DNA of 64,000 nucleotides from Eledone cirrhosa (taxonomy: Eukaryota): positions 370,140,001-370,204,000 of the forward strand of contig OZ024743.1 in NCBI GenBank assembly GCA_964016885.1, read 5' to 3'. The notes under the pieces were generated by a model. The model did no database searches and was not told the DNA's origin. It was given only the letters and a program-made list of their open reading frames with translations. Each line of letters begins with the position of its first letter. Within the stretch, counting starts at the first letter, position 1. The translations under genes were made by a program, and so were the position numbers. Positions 31,907 to 49,956 of the stretch are shown piece by piece.

Positions 31907-32515
31907 ATGTCAGGTCACCAGTTGGTGCTACTGGTAACATGTATCCCAGTACAACCTGTCTCATGGTCGGGTTGTTGGCGACTAAACTGGCAACCCCACC
32001 AAGGTTTCTTGGTGAGGAGGGTGACTTTTGACATCCTGCAAGACTAAAAACAAAACCTGTCAAAGGGCAAAGGAGCTCTTAAGAGTCAATGGCCATCCAA
32101 AATCACCGGGAGAGATGACTCCTTAGCCTTTGTCAAGGAAGAATTCTAGGAGAAGGAAAACTCTGATATAACACCTGCAACCCTGATGGTATCCAATGGT
32201 GTTGACTTGTTCTTCTTTTTGGTAAATGTCATCTTGGTTAAGAGAGTGGGACTGGCTTTTTGCAGTGCTTTGCTCACTATAAAAGCTTCACGGCACAGGC
32301 ATTGCTCTATATCTGGAGATCTCTCTGCACTTGTCATCACATGGTACCATGGGCCCAACACTATGTGTCAATAATTGTCACAAGTGTAGTGTTTGTACCA
32401 GAGTTTTCAAGTCGCTGGCTGGATGAAAAAGTCACACTCGTTCAGTGCATCGGTAGGGGTTCTCCTAAATGGATATAAAGTAGTGGCCGTACTCGAAAAC
32501 GAGTTGGCAGCCACC
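31907..32515 (+). mobile_element. Non-autonomous bipartite RTE-derived element (5' UTR-like part plus extreme 3' end)
   Basis: GGAGAAGGAAAACTCTGA motif typical of RTE 5' regions. C2H2 remnant CSVCTRVFKSLAG*KSHTRSVH at 32385-32456. Terminal hairpin GTGGC..CTCG AAAA CGAG..GCCAC. Confidence 0.55.
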
Positions 32516-32846
32516 ATGTATATATCTATGTATCTTTTTTTTTTACCAATCTAATTACGCTATATTTTAAATAATTTACGAAACGTTTAAACCAACTCAA
32601 ATGTTTTCCCACAATCACGTATCCTCATTATGTGGTGAGGTTTTTCTAGCCATATGCTTGCTGGTCACCGATCTGTCCAGCTCGTTTGTCTACCAGGATA
32701 TCAGGAAAGAATTATACATTTTCTATATATTTTGAGAAGAATATGATTTGCTTTATGTTATACATACAACATTACATCATCGAAATATATATAATGAAAT
32801 AAACAGAGATGATATAAAGCATATATCTTTCATTTATTACTATTAT

Positions 32847-32912
<66 letters not shown>

Positions 32913-33139
32913 TCATCTCTCTATCTTTTCCTTTTCTCCTCTATTTAGCTCTCTCTCTCTCTCTCATTTGTTTTTTTTCTCTAATACGGATATTTGCATA
33001 TTAATTATTTAAATATTTAACAGTTATGTACTGATGTGTTTATGTATTTTACTCATCTATATATATGTATTTATTTTATTTTTTCTACACATTTTCCTAC
33101 GTACCCTCTCAATTATATGTAGTTTGTCATGTTACTGCG

Positions 33140-36455
<3,316 letters not shown>

Positions 36456-36461
<6 letters not shown>

Positions 36462-38262
36462 GTTCCATCAGTATATTGACGGAACGCGTCCAATCCACCG
36501 ACCTACACTGCTTCGGGCTCACCACCACTGACATCCACCAACTCCTATCCATCGTCGTCGACAACACCTACTTCGGATTCCTTGACCAAACATACCAACA
36601 AACCTCGGGATTGCCCATTGGATCAAGCCTGTCGGTGTGCTAGCGATCTCTTACATGGACAACCTCGAGCGCAAGGCACTCAACGCCTGCCACCCCAACG
36701 CCGTCGCCTTTTTCTCAAGGTACGTGGACGATATCCTCATCCTCACATCTTCCCAAGACACGGCGAACAGAATCTATGAGACGTTCAACAACACGGACGA
36801 GAACATTGACTTCAGTGTTGAACACCCCAACGAAGACGGGTCACTTGCCCTCCTCGACTTCCGAATCAACATCACGGAACAGGGAAGGATCCACTGCAAC
36901 TTCTACCGAAAGGCAGCCTGCAGGGACCTGTTCGTTCACTACAAGTCCGCCCTCCCTAACAGTGCCAAAAGCGGATACAAAACGAACGAGATCGCGCGAA
37001 TCAAAAACAGATGCAGCGATCCCGCTAGTGGTGTCACTCATACCAAGCGATTCCTCGAGGTGCTGGAGACGAACGGGTACCCAACCTCGCTCACAGACAG
37101 AGTAGGAGACACCAGACACAAGAGACAGAGAGGTACCCAAGGCAAGTGCTTCCTTAAAATGCCGCACCTGGGCGAGAATACCACCAACGCTATCCGCAAG
37201 GCTATACGGAGGGAGGGTCTCGACATCCACCTGGCCCACTCGGGCCCCTCCCTGCGAAGATGCCTCTCCAGGAAACCCGGGAAATCTACTGACGCGTGCT
37301 CTCTCAGAGACTGCCCGATACGCCATGCGAACTGTTGCCTACGCACATACGTCGTGTATAAGATAGAATGTGACAGGTGCAACCAATACTATATAGGTAG
37401 CACAATCCGATCTTTGCACATCGGATCAAGGAACACACTAAAACCAGGGCCTCGTCTTTCCGGAAACACATAGACAAATGCGGAAACAAAGACGGAAGGC
37501 CCATTGTCACAATTCTAGCGACTGAAAGAAACGTCGGCACGTTACGTATCAAGGAAGCGCTTTTTGTCAAACGCCTGGCACCGCAAATAAACAACCGATC
37601 CCAGAGAAGCGAAATGAGGTGGCTGGTTTAAGTTAACAAACGATGCAGCAACACACGCACACACACACACAAACGAGACAACTACACACGCACACGCTCA
37701 CACACACAGTAGCATTCCACCATACGAACATACTACACTGCCAATACAGAGGAACAAGGCAACAACACACGCACACACACACACTCAAGCGAGACAACAA
37801 CACACGTACACACACACACAGTAACATTTAACAAACAGATAGAGAAGGGACTGACAGCTAGCGCCACCCCACTCCCTCATTCGGCCGCTGACCTCTGCCC
37901 GACCGACCCCATTTCACGCGCACGCGCGCTCTGCTGAATACCTCAGATATTCAAAACAACAAACAGCGGAGGACGCGTTTCGCACCTTTCCGACAGACAA
38001 CCTTTCCCCCACCCCCTCAAAAAAACCAGTTGATGGATGTGAATCCGAAATATATAGGGACAATTAAATCTCTCCCAAGGTAACTCTCTCTCGTGTTGTT
38101 ATTTTTATTTTATCCTTATACTCTTTCCTTCATTCTTCTACACGTCTTATACACACCACGCATCTCAACGTACACCCACTTACATCTCTCTCTCCACCAC
38201 CGGATCCTGTTACCCGGAGATTTACCCATTTGCATTGTCGAGGCTACTAAACGACTTAAAGA
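36456..38262 (+). mobile_element. 5'-truncated Penelope-like element (RT, thumb, GIY-YIG, pLTR)
   Basis: Motifs YQQTSGLPIGS, RYVDDIL, LALLDFRI, FYRK, VVYKIECDRCNQYYIGST. Degenerate hammerhead at 38026-38059 (CAGTTGA-T-GGAT GTGA ATCC-GAAA-TATA-TA-GGG). Confidence 0.9.
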
Positions 38263-39379
<1,117 letters not shown>

Positions 39380-39450
39380 TAGTTCTTCATCAGAAGAATA
39401 TATATATATAAATTCGATTGGTATATGCGGCTACAACCTCGATCTATACC

Positions 39451-39840
39451 TATTATCATTATTATTATTATTGTCGTTTCATTTATCTGGCTTTATGTTC
39501 TTACGAGTTAATACCAAGTCACAACCAGTGACCTCAAGAGACAACAAGGTGCGCCATGTTTATAAAAATCCACACACACGCACACACACACACACATGTA
39601 TCTTTAGGTGTTTACACTTGTGATATGTAATGGAGTATGATCATTTTTTGTTTTCATGTTTCAAAACGAGTTTGATCATCCAATCCTGTGATTCCCTTAA
39701 ATATGTAGATAATCCAATTGTTGCAGTTTTCAAAGAATTATATATCCGGATTAATACACATCCTCCTTCCTTTCTAGGGAGATATATTCTATTTGTATCT
39801 GCCTAATGGTGATGAATTCTGTGCATGGTTAAGAACTTTC
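39451..39840 (-). mobile_element. Internally deleted fragment of R4/Dong-like family D2 with (TAA)n tail
   Basis: 39480-39610 matches the reverse complement of 3' UTR 16230-16352; 39625-39840 matches 15090-15305. Confidence 0.85.
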
Positions 39841-40043
39841 TAATAGTTGCGTTCTCATCAGATAAAATAAGGTAACATGATATGATGCCTAAAAAAACAC
39901 TTGTGAATAAGAAAGTGTACAGTCAACATATGATAAAAAAATATAATAGGAGAGAGAAGATTGGAAAAAAGCAGAGGGAAAAGGAAAAAGAAAGTGAAAA
40001 TAACGGAGGAAAAATTTAAGAAGGAAGGAGGAGAGAGAGAGAG

Positions 40044-40078
<35 letters not shown>

Positions 40079-42270
40079 TTAATCGGGAAACGCTGTCAAA
40101 ACTGAAAAAAAACAGTTGTGAATAACGGCTAAAAATATATATACGGCTACGAAATAAATAAATAAATTGATGAGGTTTATGTGCTTAAATTACAGATATA
40201 GAAACTAGGTATATTATTTATTTAGGGTTTATATAATAAAAAAATTGATTAAGAGTTGTGAAAATGTATTATTAAAATAAAATAAAGTAAAATAAAATAA
40301 AATTATATGATTTATGAGCGTAGAAGACAATATAATGTCATAGTTTGTTTAAATAGAGTGTAATTGAAAAATGTGAGAAAAATGTGTGAAGAGATATTTA
40401 TGTGAAAAAAAATATATATGTGTAGAAAAAAAAATAAGAGTAGTCAAACCATGTCAAAAATTAAAAATTAAAAATTTACTATTAAAAATTATAGATTATA
40501 TATAAAAAAGTTATAGATTATATATAAAAAAATTATATATGTTGGAAAACTATTTAAATATTTATATATTACTTTAATCAACAAGTAAATAAAGGAAAAT
40601 GTTATAATTATTTAAGCGTAGAAAAAAGCGTAGAAAAAGCGAAGAAAAAAAACGAAGAAAAAAACATATGACGTCATAATTTGTTTACAAAATCTACGAA
40701 GGTTTATACTGATATGATAAAGGAGGAAAAATGAGCGGATTAAAAATAGTGAGAAAAAGAATATAAAGAAACATTAAATCTGAACTATTTAAATATTATT
40801 TTGTATCACCAAGTAGATAAAGAATTTGCTAGAGTGATTTAAAGCGTAGAAGACCATATAACGTCATAGTATGTTTAAAACTTTGTAGAATGTACTGAAA
40901 TATGCGAGAAAAAAAGTGTGTAAAAAGATATTTGTGTAAAAAAAATATATGTGTAAAAAATGTTAACCTTTATTCGTGGAATAAGATATAGGGTATTAGC
41001 TGTATACCTTCTGAAATGACCTAAGAGATTTATGAATGCAGAGTGCAAATAAATCGGTGCGTCTATTTATTATAGAGTTGAAATTCGAGATAATGGTATA
41101 TTTTTCAGCTAGACATAAATTACAAGCCCTAGATATGGAAGCACTAGAATATGGAGAAGCATTGCATATTTTACGCCAAGAAATTTTGTAATTAATGTTT
41201 TTGTCTTTTAAGGACCAGATGAGTTCTGAGAGTGCAGTATTTGTCCTTTTAAGTGGATATTTAAATGAAGAACAATGGTTATATAGTCTTGCCTTAAAAG
41301 AAGTAGAAGTAGAGCCAATGTAGGTATAAGAATTGGTACTAGTTAACACCTTACATTCGTATACTAGATTTTTATCGAGACAGAAATTATTAAGAGGACA
41401 TTTAGTTCTATTAGGGCAGTTGTATTTACGATTAATATTATTAACAGAGTTATTTGCAAGTGGCCCAGTATTAATTATAATAGGAATTGTAGTGGTGGAA
41501 TTAGCTAAAGGAGGTGCTAATGTTTCCTGATTTAGATTACTATTAGGAGCATTCATCAAAATTACGTTTGACGTATTTATATTTAGTTATCTTGTCTAGA
41601 GTTTACATTAACGTCGGGCCTTATAGTGTTATTATTATGACGCTCATGGTCGGATGTATATGAGTTATTATTTAATATTTTAGTATTATGTTTTGAGATA
41701 ATGTTAGAAATGTTGGAAGGGGTGGAATATGAGAATTTAATGGTATGCTTATTAAAAATCTTACTATAAATATGTGAAGGAGGGAAGCAATTATCTAACG
41801 CCCTAAAAAATAATTTAGGGTTATTACTAATAAGTGAAAGAGAGAATGGAGCGTTATACCAAATGATATTTTTATATCTAGGTCTCCTCTTTATGTTATT
41901 GGTATGCTTATAACTAGTTATATTACTATAATTTCTGCCAAGATTGGTTTCTTTAGTGTATTTAATTTTGTCTGGATATCCAGATCTGGATAGTGCATTA
42001 TTGTAATAATTGGCTTTAGCGTTTATTAGAAGAAAGATTAGAGATTCCTTTTTCAACATTTCTGACTATAGCATACCAATAACATCTGATGAGGACGCAA
42101 CTATTGTCCCAGGATTATATTTGTTTTTGAAATGCGCATAATAACATATATGGAACTTTTTTAACCATCTTTTAATTTCTTCTTATATATACTCCAGTTC
42201 TATTAACTGTTGAGTGCTACTTATCTGATATATGCATAGTTTTATTTTCTACAATTAAACTCACCTCCTA
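39841..42270 (-). mobile_element. 5'-truncated Penelope-like element (Hydra-like) with AT-rich 3' region and an inverted pLTR at the truncation
   Basis: ORFs 41583-42059 (IIWYNAPFS, KIFNKHTIKFSYS) and 40996-41559 (CPLNNFCL, LVY..YIGST, CNLCLAEK). ATCTGATGAG.ACGCAACTATT occurs at about 39843-39863 (-) and 42084-42105 (+). Confidence 0.8.
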
Positions 42271-42310
42271 AAAACACACACACACACACATAAATATAGA
42301 TATATATATA

Positions 42311-45300
42311 ACTTTGAGTATGTGTTGGTTGTTTACCGATACTTCCGTATGCAGGTTAGAGCAATCAACGAAGTGCGCAGGTGGGTCTGTTTACTCCGGA
42401 ATAATGTAAAAACAAGAAGTGTAAGTCAACAGGTTAAAATTAGCTTCGTTTATTCATATTCGCTGCTATATATATTTCAGTGATAGCCATTATTCAACAG
42501 CTATGACCTCATTGGGTAGTTAGAACTTGCACAGAAAAAACAGGAAAACATTGTTGGAATATATTTTTGTTAATTCGTTGATATGTCCAGATCCAGAGTG
42601 TGGTGGTGTTAGTCCTCTAATGAACTGAAAACATGATTTAGAATGCATGAATTCCAGCGTCCGAAGAACATGCCCTCACCTCACTGGTCAGATATCATAT
42701 CAACACTTCAGCCGAAAGTCTATTGAAATTCTTCAGTCTGTTCTAGAAACAGGTCAACCTGTTAGAGTTGCTTTTAACTGCATATATATTCTGGTCCAGT
42801 TGACCTACTTCACTGTAGTCGTAGTGGTAGTGGTGTGAGTAGGTCAGTTAGCTGGTCAATTACAATTCCCCTGTTGTTGTGGTATTCAGGCTGTTAAGGA
42901 AGAATTTATGTAGGTAAACTGATATGGGTTCTTGTGGTGTCTTTAGTGCTTCTCCATATCGTTAGGTCTTATAGTGGGAGATGCTATAAATGTGTGTGTT
43001 AAAACAATATGTGTTAACATCTAGAAGTGTTAAAAATTATAATCTGTATTTTAAACATTCAGTAAACGTTCATCAACGTACATCCATACGTGCACACACG
43101 TATCAAAATAAACAGGTGCACACATATATCTATATTTATAAATGCACATACATATATACATGCACACACACAAGTACATACACACACATATATGCATACG
43201 TATACAGAGACAAATATGTCCCCTCAGGGGTTGGGTTGGGGTGGAGTAATAGGTGTGTCTTATTTAATTGTAATAGTTAGTACTGACTCTTGCGTACGAA
43301 AGGGATCAGGTTTGAGGTAGCATGCCCTTCGAAGAACGGGATCACAGGCCGAGGTCGGGTGATGAGGCCGGTTGATCGGAAAAGTGGGGTGCTTGGTTGC
43401 ACACTGGGTAGGACTCTGCCGGCGTACATCACCTCGCTAATAAGCTAGTGTCTGCTAGCTTGGGTTCGAGTTATGGAAGTGAGAGAGAAGGGTGGACCAC
43501 AGCGGAGTGAGGTACGGGTCTATCTGCTAGGTAAGTTTGGCTCGGTGGTGTTATAAATGTTATTCGAGACGAGAGGAGAGGGATGAGATGTAGGTATAGG
43601 GGTGGTTTTGGTCTCTTGGGGGCTCAATGTGATGGGGTTGCTATCCATATAGCTTGAGGAAAGTTCCCGTCCTAAGGTGTCTACATGTACGAAAGAAATC
43701 AGTCCTAAGGTTGATTAGATTAATCCCATCACGGAGTATCTCCAGAGGTTGCAGATGCCAGATCCACCTCCATCTGGTGGTATGTCCCTAACCTTGGACA
43801 AGACCAAAGAGTACGGTGTCTTGTCCAGCTTGAACTTCCAGATCAATTCGGAAAGGGCCTTACTTTTCCTTTGTCTATCGAATTATAGGAATAGCGGTGG
43901 TTGTACCATCTGCCCTTGAAGCTCGTCGATGTGGCTCCTATGTAAAGGTACTCCGAGTTGGGGGTTTTAATTTTGCATCGGTAGACTATGATCTTCACTA
44001 GGCAATCATTTCTAAGGGGGCATAATGTGGGGTTTCTGGAGTTGCATGAAGTGGTCAACCCCTGCATGCTGATGTCTCATTGTGTAGGTTGGGGTGGTCG
44101 ATCCCTAAGACTAGTACATAGTCCCTGGGCTGGTTTGTTTTTCTCGTGTCAGTCCCGGGTTGACCATTTACCCCATCATGGCTCTGCTGGATGGCTATAG
44201 GGACAGCTGTGGACTGTCGAAAGGTCCTAAGTTTATTCCTATTGATATTAGTTATGTACTTGGATATGCTGCGCGTGCTGGAGTACAAGATCTTCACTGT
44301 GTGCCTATTAAAGATTTTGTGGTATCTGTGGGTCCTCAGGAAGCATTTATCTAGTGTCCTAAAGAATGAACGGCCCAGGCTGGTCTGCAGGCCCGCGGAG
44401 TAGGGTGGATTATACCATGTAATTTGTCTTACTCTATTTCTATGGGAGTGGGTTGAGCACGCATCAGGCCGTTGGGGAGTTGTCGGGGTGCTACTGATTC
44501 CCGCACTATTGCTATCCCGTTGGGCGTTATGGATTTTGCTAACTGTTCAGCCCATACTGGTGGGGTGATGCCTGCCCACACCGGGGGTTCCACATTGGGA
44601 TCTTCCACCGTCTATCCCGGTCTGTGTCATGTTAGGAACGCTGGGTCCGGGGTGGTTAGTATCACCGCTATACCCACCTCCCGTACTGGGTTTGTTTCCA
44701 TGCCCATGCATATGTGTATTTTTTGGAAGCATGGTTGTGCCACGTTCAGAGTGTTTAGGTGGGGTGGCTTCAACCCTACTATACTGCTTAGGTTTCCACT
44801 CTTCTGGATACTGCAGATCGGAAGGCCCAATAGGCCATATTTATCATGGCGCCTCGGGTTATGAGATATAGTTTGGTCATGGGCCACCTTACTTAGAACT
44901 GTATTAAAATAATCAGCATTACTATCGAAGATCTCCTTATTTGCGGACAAGTCGGAGATCCTGTTCGAGGCACTCTTGATCACGGCCTTAATAATAGATG
45001 TAGGGTGGTTGGACTTAGCATTAACATATACCAGCTTCTCGTTAGGCTTATGCTAGAGGAAGTATAGCTGAGTGTTTAGGTTTAGGGTGGTGTCCAGGAA
45101 GTTAACTACATTTCAATTGAGGTCTAATTCTAAACTGAGCCCTTGATTCCTAAAAAATGTCTAATTCGCCTCTTCATTCTCTCCACCATAGTGGTGCTGT
45201 GGTCATAGACGGGAAAGCGGGCATAATCGTGGTATAGTCCGCCGCCAAGGTTGGGGATTTCCTCTTTTATTTTCTTCAGTAGGAAGAGCCCAACCAGGTC

Positions 45301-46420
45301 GTTACCTGTGCAGAGTCGCTGGAGCCCATCGTGATGTCAATGTTATTTGGCTAATCACTCCTGGTCCAGAGGTCCCCACCGAAACGGATCAAGGTCTTCC
45401 GGGCGGCGTGGATGATGCCCACTTCTTCGCGGGTTAAGTCTGTTTTAGACATCGTGAAAATAAGAGCCTTATTAAGGAATTTGGGTGAGATTGAGGAGTA
45501 GTAACTAGCAATATCCTGTTGGATAAAGCTAGTCCTATTCTTCCCAGGTAATAGTGTAAACCACTCTATTACCTCCCCTGTAATGACCATTGTTGTACCT
45601 TAGTTTTTTTTCCTAAGCGTTTGCAAAATCCTATCGAATATGCTTTTGCTGATAATCCCCAAGCCGACCCAGAGGGGACTATTAGTCTAACCGGGAGGTC
45701 AGACTCAAAGTTGGGCTTGTGATCCTTAATGGTAATCCTCGGCTCCCTGGTTTGGTACGGAGCCGTCCTATCCTCTATGCCGAGTCCGGATACTATCTTG
45801 TATGCCTTGGTGTTGATCTCCTCCAGGGTAACTCCAGATGTTTTCTTGTAGCTCTTCCTCAGTTCCCTGAGAATTAACTTATTGTACAGTTTCACGTCCA
45901 TGCTGTAGAGGTTGCTGGTTTTGTCAGCATGGACAAGTATTCCGGTCGACTCCTTAAGTTTGGCGATCCCGTTTCCCAGGTGTCTCAGGTACTACCGACC
46001 CCTGGATGGGTGGCCGAAGAATTTGATGTTGGAGATGATGCTAATCATTTCATTCTCGAACTCCTCCAATAGCCTGTTGTGGGGAGGGTGTCTCCTTGAT
46101 CTAAAAAGGTACTCCATGTTTTGTGTGTTGGTAAGTTTGGGTGTTCCATCGCATCCTAAGGATGAATGTGTCCGTACTTTTAATGAGATCCTTGGTGTAC
46201 TCCCGTTTTCCTGGTAAATAGATATCCTTCAGTGACGCCAAAGTTGTAAGTTTATCCATTGTGACTTTAGTCCCCTACTGTAAAGAGCTCAACAAGGTGT
46301 GGAGCATGATATAATTTTGAGTATGTGCTGGTTGTTTACCGACACTTCAGTATGCAGGTTAGAGTACTCAACGAAATGCGGTCTGTTTACTCCGGAATAT
46401 ACTGTACAGAGAAGTGTAGT
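42311..46420 (-). mobile_element. Near full-length decayed Penelope-like element (Hydra-like): pLTR-ORF-pLTR
   Basis: ORF from ~46260 (MDKLTTLASLKDIYLP..FILRMRW), ADKTSNLY, QDIASYYSSIS, TMGS, ITWYNPPYS, CPLRNDCL..IVY..YIG. Direct repeats 42313-42420 and 46315-46415. Confidence 0.8.
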
Positions 46421-47230
46421 ATTATTCAGTTTTCGTTAGTGTAATGAATAAATTAATAAGAACCCGAAACCGTTTACAATAGTGTTTTACTCAACGGTCA
46501 ACTTATTTCAGTTGGTAGATCCTGTGGTAGTTCGACTATAGGTTCCAAGTGTAAAAATTTATGGAGTATATATAGAAATTTACAAAATTATTATTTAAAA
46601 CATCACATTCCAGAAGAGTGAGAATAACATTTATAACATAACACTGACACCTGCTTCATCGTATGTGTTGCATATCAGTCTGAAAACACTAATATTTGAT
46701 TATTTCAATCAAATTAAATCGAATCCATCTACTTAAAAAATCATATGTAGATACAACAAATGTTTAACGTGGAATAACTTTTTTCACACATAGAGACACA
46801 GAGGCAAGCAAAAATTAAAGGAAAAAGAACAAGGAAAAAAGGAAAAGAGAAACAAGAAAATAAGAACAAAAAAAGAAGAGAGGAAAAAAGAAGAGAGAGA
46901 ACGTGATAAAGAAAAGGAAAAGGGAGACGAAGAATTACATGAAAGAATGGATAGGTTGAGATACATCGAGAATAGTATTTTAGACAGAAAGACATAAGTA
47001 GAGGAAGAACAATGAAGAATTTAAGAGGGTGAAAGAGATGGAAGAGGAAGGAAAGGGTAAGATAGGTGTAGATAAATTAATACAGATAAGTGTAGGGAAG
47101 GGTGGGAACTGTATGGCTTGTATTCGGGGAATAGTAAATGACAAGTGGATTCAGTTCTACAAAATATCTGGACCATTATTGCCTGAAAATGTACACATTC
47201 ATGACAACAGCCATTATATGGTTCAATTGG

Positions 47231-47405
47231 ATTGGCAGTACCTGTAGAGGGTCTGACGCCATGCTTTGCAGCAAAGAGTTACGGCCCTTTGTGGTCTGAG
47301 TTCAAATCCCGCCGAGGTTTCATCCTTACATGGTCGATAAAATAAAGTACCAGTAATACACTGGGATAATTGCTGGTCTTGTGCCAAAAGTAGAAACAAT
47401 TATAT
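47231..47405 (+). mobile_element. tRNA-headed SINE, same family as 24671-24882
   Basis: GAGTTCAAATCCCGCCGAGG..GGTCGATAAAATAAAGTACCAGT; tail TGGTCTTGTGCCA. Confidence 0.8.
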
Positions 47406-47759
47406 TGTTCAATGTACATTTCTCAATTTGACAACTATGTGGTCTTTTACAGCCGGCATTACTTCAAAGAGGTAGATAATTTGCCGGCAAAGACATGACT
47501 ATTATAAAGTTGCATAGTGCATAAACTCCATAATGAACTCAACGATCTTCAAAGGGGCAAATACAAAGATGATGCACTTCTGCTAGTTGGGAATACAAAT
47601 GGTCTGGTATTAGAAAGAAAGCGCAAACATATTAGATCATTCTTCAATCAGATTTGCTTAAAAATAACTTTCGAGCATAACTTAAGATAGGCCAGCTTCT
47701 TAGATATAACTTTAAATCTTAATTCTGGTCTAGTTGAACCATAACATAAGAATAATGTT

Positions 47760-48920
47760 GCTGCTACTCCCGCTCTCTTCTTGCGCACTGTTACCATCAG
47801 AATAACGGACATTACTGCTGTTTCCGTCAGAATAACGGACAGCCACTTTTTTGCCGACCTCGGTTCTTCCATTGCTCTCTTGTTTTGCTCTGTTCCTCTT
47901 TACACCAGCATCATACCACCATAAATATTTGATTCTGTTGTGCAGGCCAACTTTAAATAGATGATACTTCTTTTTCCCACGCGAAAGCATGTTAGTTGGA
48001 AGGAAGATGATGAGGTGATTACGACGCCATAGTTCTTTGTTTCTCTTTGGTTTACGTTTTTCATGCTTTCTCCGCTGATTTTTCCTTTTTCGTAATTTGA
48101 CAAAAAAAATTGCTCCATCGTGCTCATTCCCTCTTTTATCTCTTCTCACTCTCTGCATTTCTCTCGTTTCTCATCATCTCGTTTCTCATCATCATTTCGT
48201 TTCTAATCATCTCGTTTTTCGTCATCATCTCGTTTCTCATCAAAGACTCTTTCTTTCATTCTCTCCCTCCTTCTCTGGTCGTTTTTCCTATCTCATGAGG
48301 TTACATTTGAAGCAGACTTAATAACAGTTGGCTGTTTTATAAGCTTTTTCCACGATTGAGATTCGTACAATGTTGTGATATTTCTGATACACTCATCGCA
48401 TTAATCCTTTTCAATTATTTTAACATACATAAATTTGAGCCAATTCGTCTTTCTAAAATGAGTGGATAACGATGCAAGGGAACTCTTTACATCTTTATCT
48501 ATCTATCTATTTTAAACTTTCTTTCTCTCTCTCTCTATCTATCTCTCTTTCATTCTTTCTCTCTCTCACCGCCGCCCCTTCGCATGGTGCTATTTCTGCT
48601 CTCTTCTTGCGTACTACTGCTGTTTTTTTCCGTCAATATTGACAGCCTCTTTTCTGCCGGCCTCGGTACGATGTAGTCATACTTACACTGCTCTCTTGTT
48701 TTGCTGTTTCTATTTATACCAGCGTCATACCAACATACCATTTTTTATTCTGTTGCGCGGACCTACTTTAAATACATGATGCTTTCTTTTTCCGTGCGAA
48801 AACACCTTAGTTAGAAGGGAGATTGTGAGGTGATTACGACGCCACAGTTCTTTGTTTCTCTCTAATTTACGTTTTTCAATATTTTTTCCTCTTTCGTAAT
48901 TTCCCAAGAAAAAAATTGTT
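47760..48920. repeat. Two diverged copies of an unclassified ~350 bp repeat (47760-48110 and 48588-48920) with a CATCTCGTTTCT minisatellite between them
   Basis: Shared GCTCTCTTCTTGCG, CTCTCTTGTTTTGCT and GAGGTGATTACGACGCCA.AGTTCTTTGTTTCTCT. Confidence 0.75.
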
Positions 48921-48925
48921 CTATA

Positions 48926-48927
<2 letters not shown>

Positions 48928-49016
<89 letters not shown>
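48928..49016 (+). repeat. (CTA)n microsatellite
   Basis: Read directly. Confidence 0.97.
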
Positions 49017-49017
<1 letters not shown>

Positions 49018-49184
49018 TGACGCTAAACTCCGCCAGTTGCAGACTGTGCACCAACATGAGATATTTTTCTCCACAAAGTTCCATCACCAGCAGCTGAGTT
49101 TAAAGAGCAAAGATCAAGTCCAGTCCATAGGTTGACATTATCAAGCCACATATATATACATACAGGTTAATTACTATAAGTTAA

Positions 49185-49930
49185 TGTTTTGTCTTGACTC
49201 TTACTCCACTGGACAGTGCTTTGGCTGGACCTCAGGTGGACCAGCAGTACATTGGTATGGTTCAAAACTGCCAAAGTCCATCTCAACGACCGATGATCCT
49301 GGTGTTCTGTGTCTTTCACTTATTTTTATTTTTAATAAATAATTTTTTAAGGTTCCCCTTTAAAAGACGGTTTTTTGTCTCTTTTTCGTTCGTTTTCTTG
49401 CCCCATCTTTGTTAATTTTCCCAAGTTTCTCATTGATAATCTGTAACGAACGAATTATCTCTTCTCCCCACTCCATTAATTTCAATTGCCTACATTTTCT
49501 AACACAAAATCTTACTTTCATCTTCTTGCGTTTTCTTCTTCCATTTTATTTTTTCGCCTCTTCTTTTCGTTTGTTATATTCATGAGAATTTCATGCTATA
49601 AAAATTCGAACACTTTCTCCCTGACGTCACATAAAATTCTATGTATACTTGTCATAGCTTAATTGCTATAAATTATTGTTTTGTTTTGTCTCTTACTCCA
49701 CTGGATAGCGCTTTGTTTTGTGACAGACGCTGTAACTAAGGGTTGGCCAGCTGTACAGTTAGTAGTTGTCGAAACTGCCGAAGTCCATTTCAACGCCGAT
49801 GAGTTTCTGTGTCTTTCGTTTGTATTTTTTTTTTTTTAAGGTACCCCGTTAAGACAATTGTTTTTCGTTTTACCTTGTTTCCGTTTGTTATCTTGTCCTC
49901 TCTTTGTTAATTTTGCTAAGTCTATCATAT
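49185..49930. repeat. Two diverged copies of an unclassified ~250 bp repeat (49185-49432 and 49683-49929)
   Basis: Shared CTCTTACTCCACTGGA.AG.GCTTTG, AAACTGCC.AAGTCCAT.TCAACG and TCTTTGTTAATTTT. Confidence 0.75.
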
Positions 49931-49956
49931 ATATATTTTTCACTCTTTTACTTTTT

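Noticed and set aside
31915-31992. Possible HDV-like ribozyme in the RTE-like 5' region (CCAGT..ACC TGTCTCAT GGT..CTAA ACTGG)
   Set aside because: Could not place an upstream P1 strand in the required order.
42313-42420. Hammerhead in the pLTR repeats of the 42311-46420 element
   Set aside because: No CTGANGA/GAAA pair on the same strand.
43843-46260. In-frame stops as selenocysteine recoding (as in some Naiad PLEs)
   Set aside because: The element has a C-terminal endonuclease with mixed stop types and frameshifts, consistent with ordinary decay.
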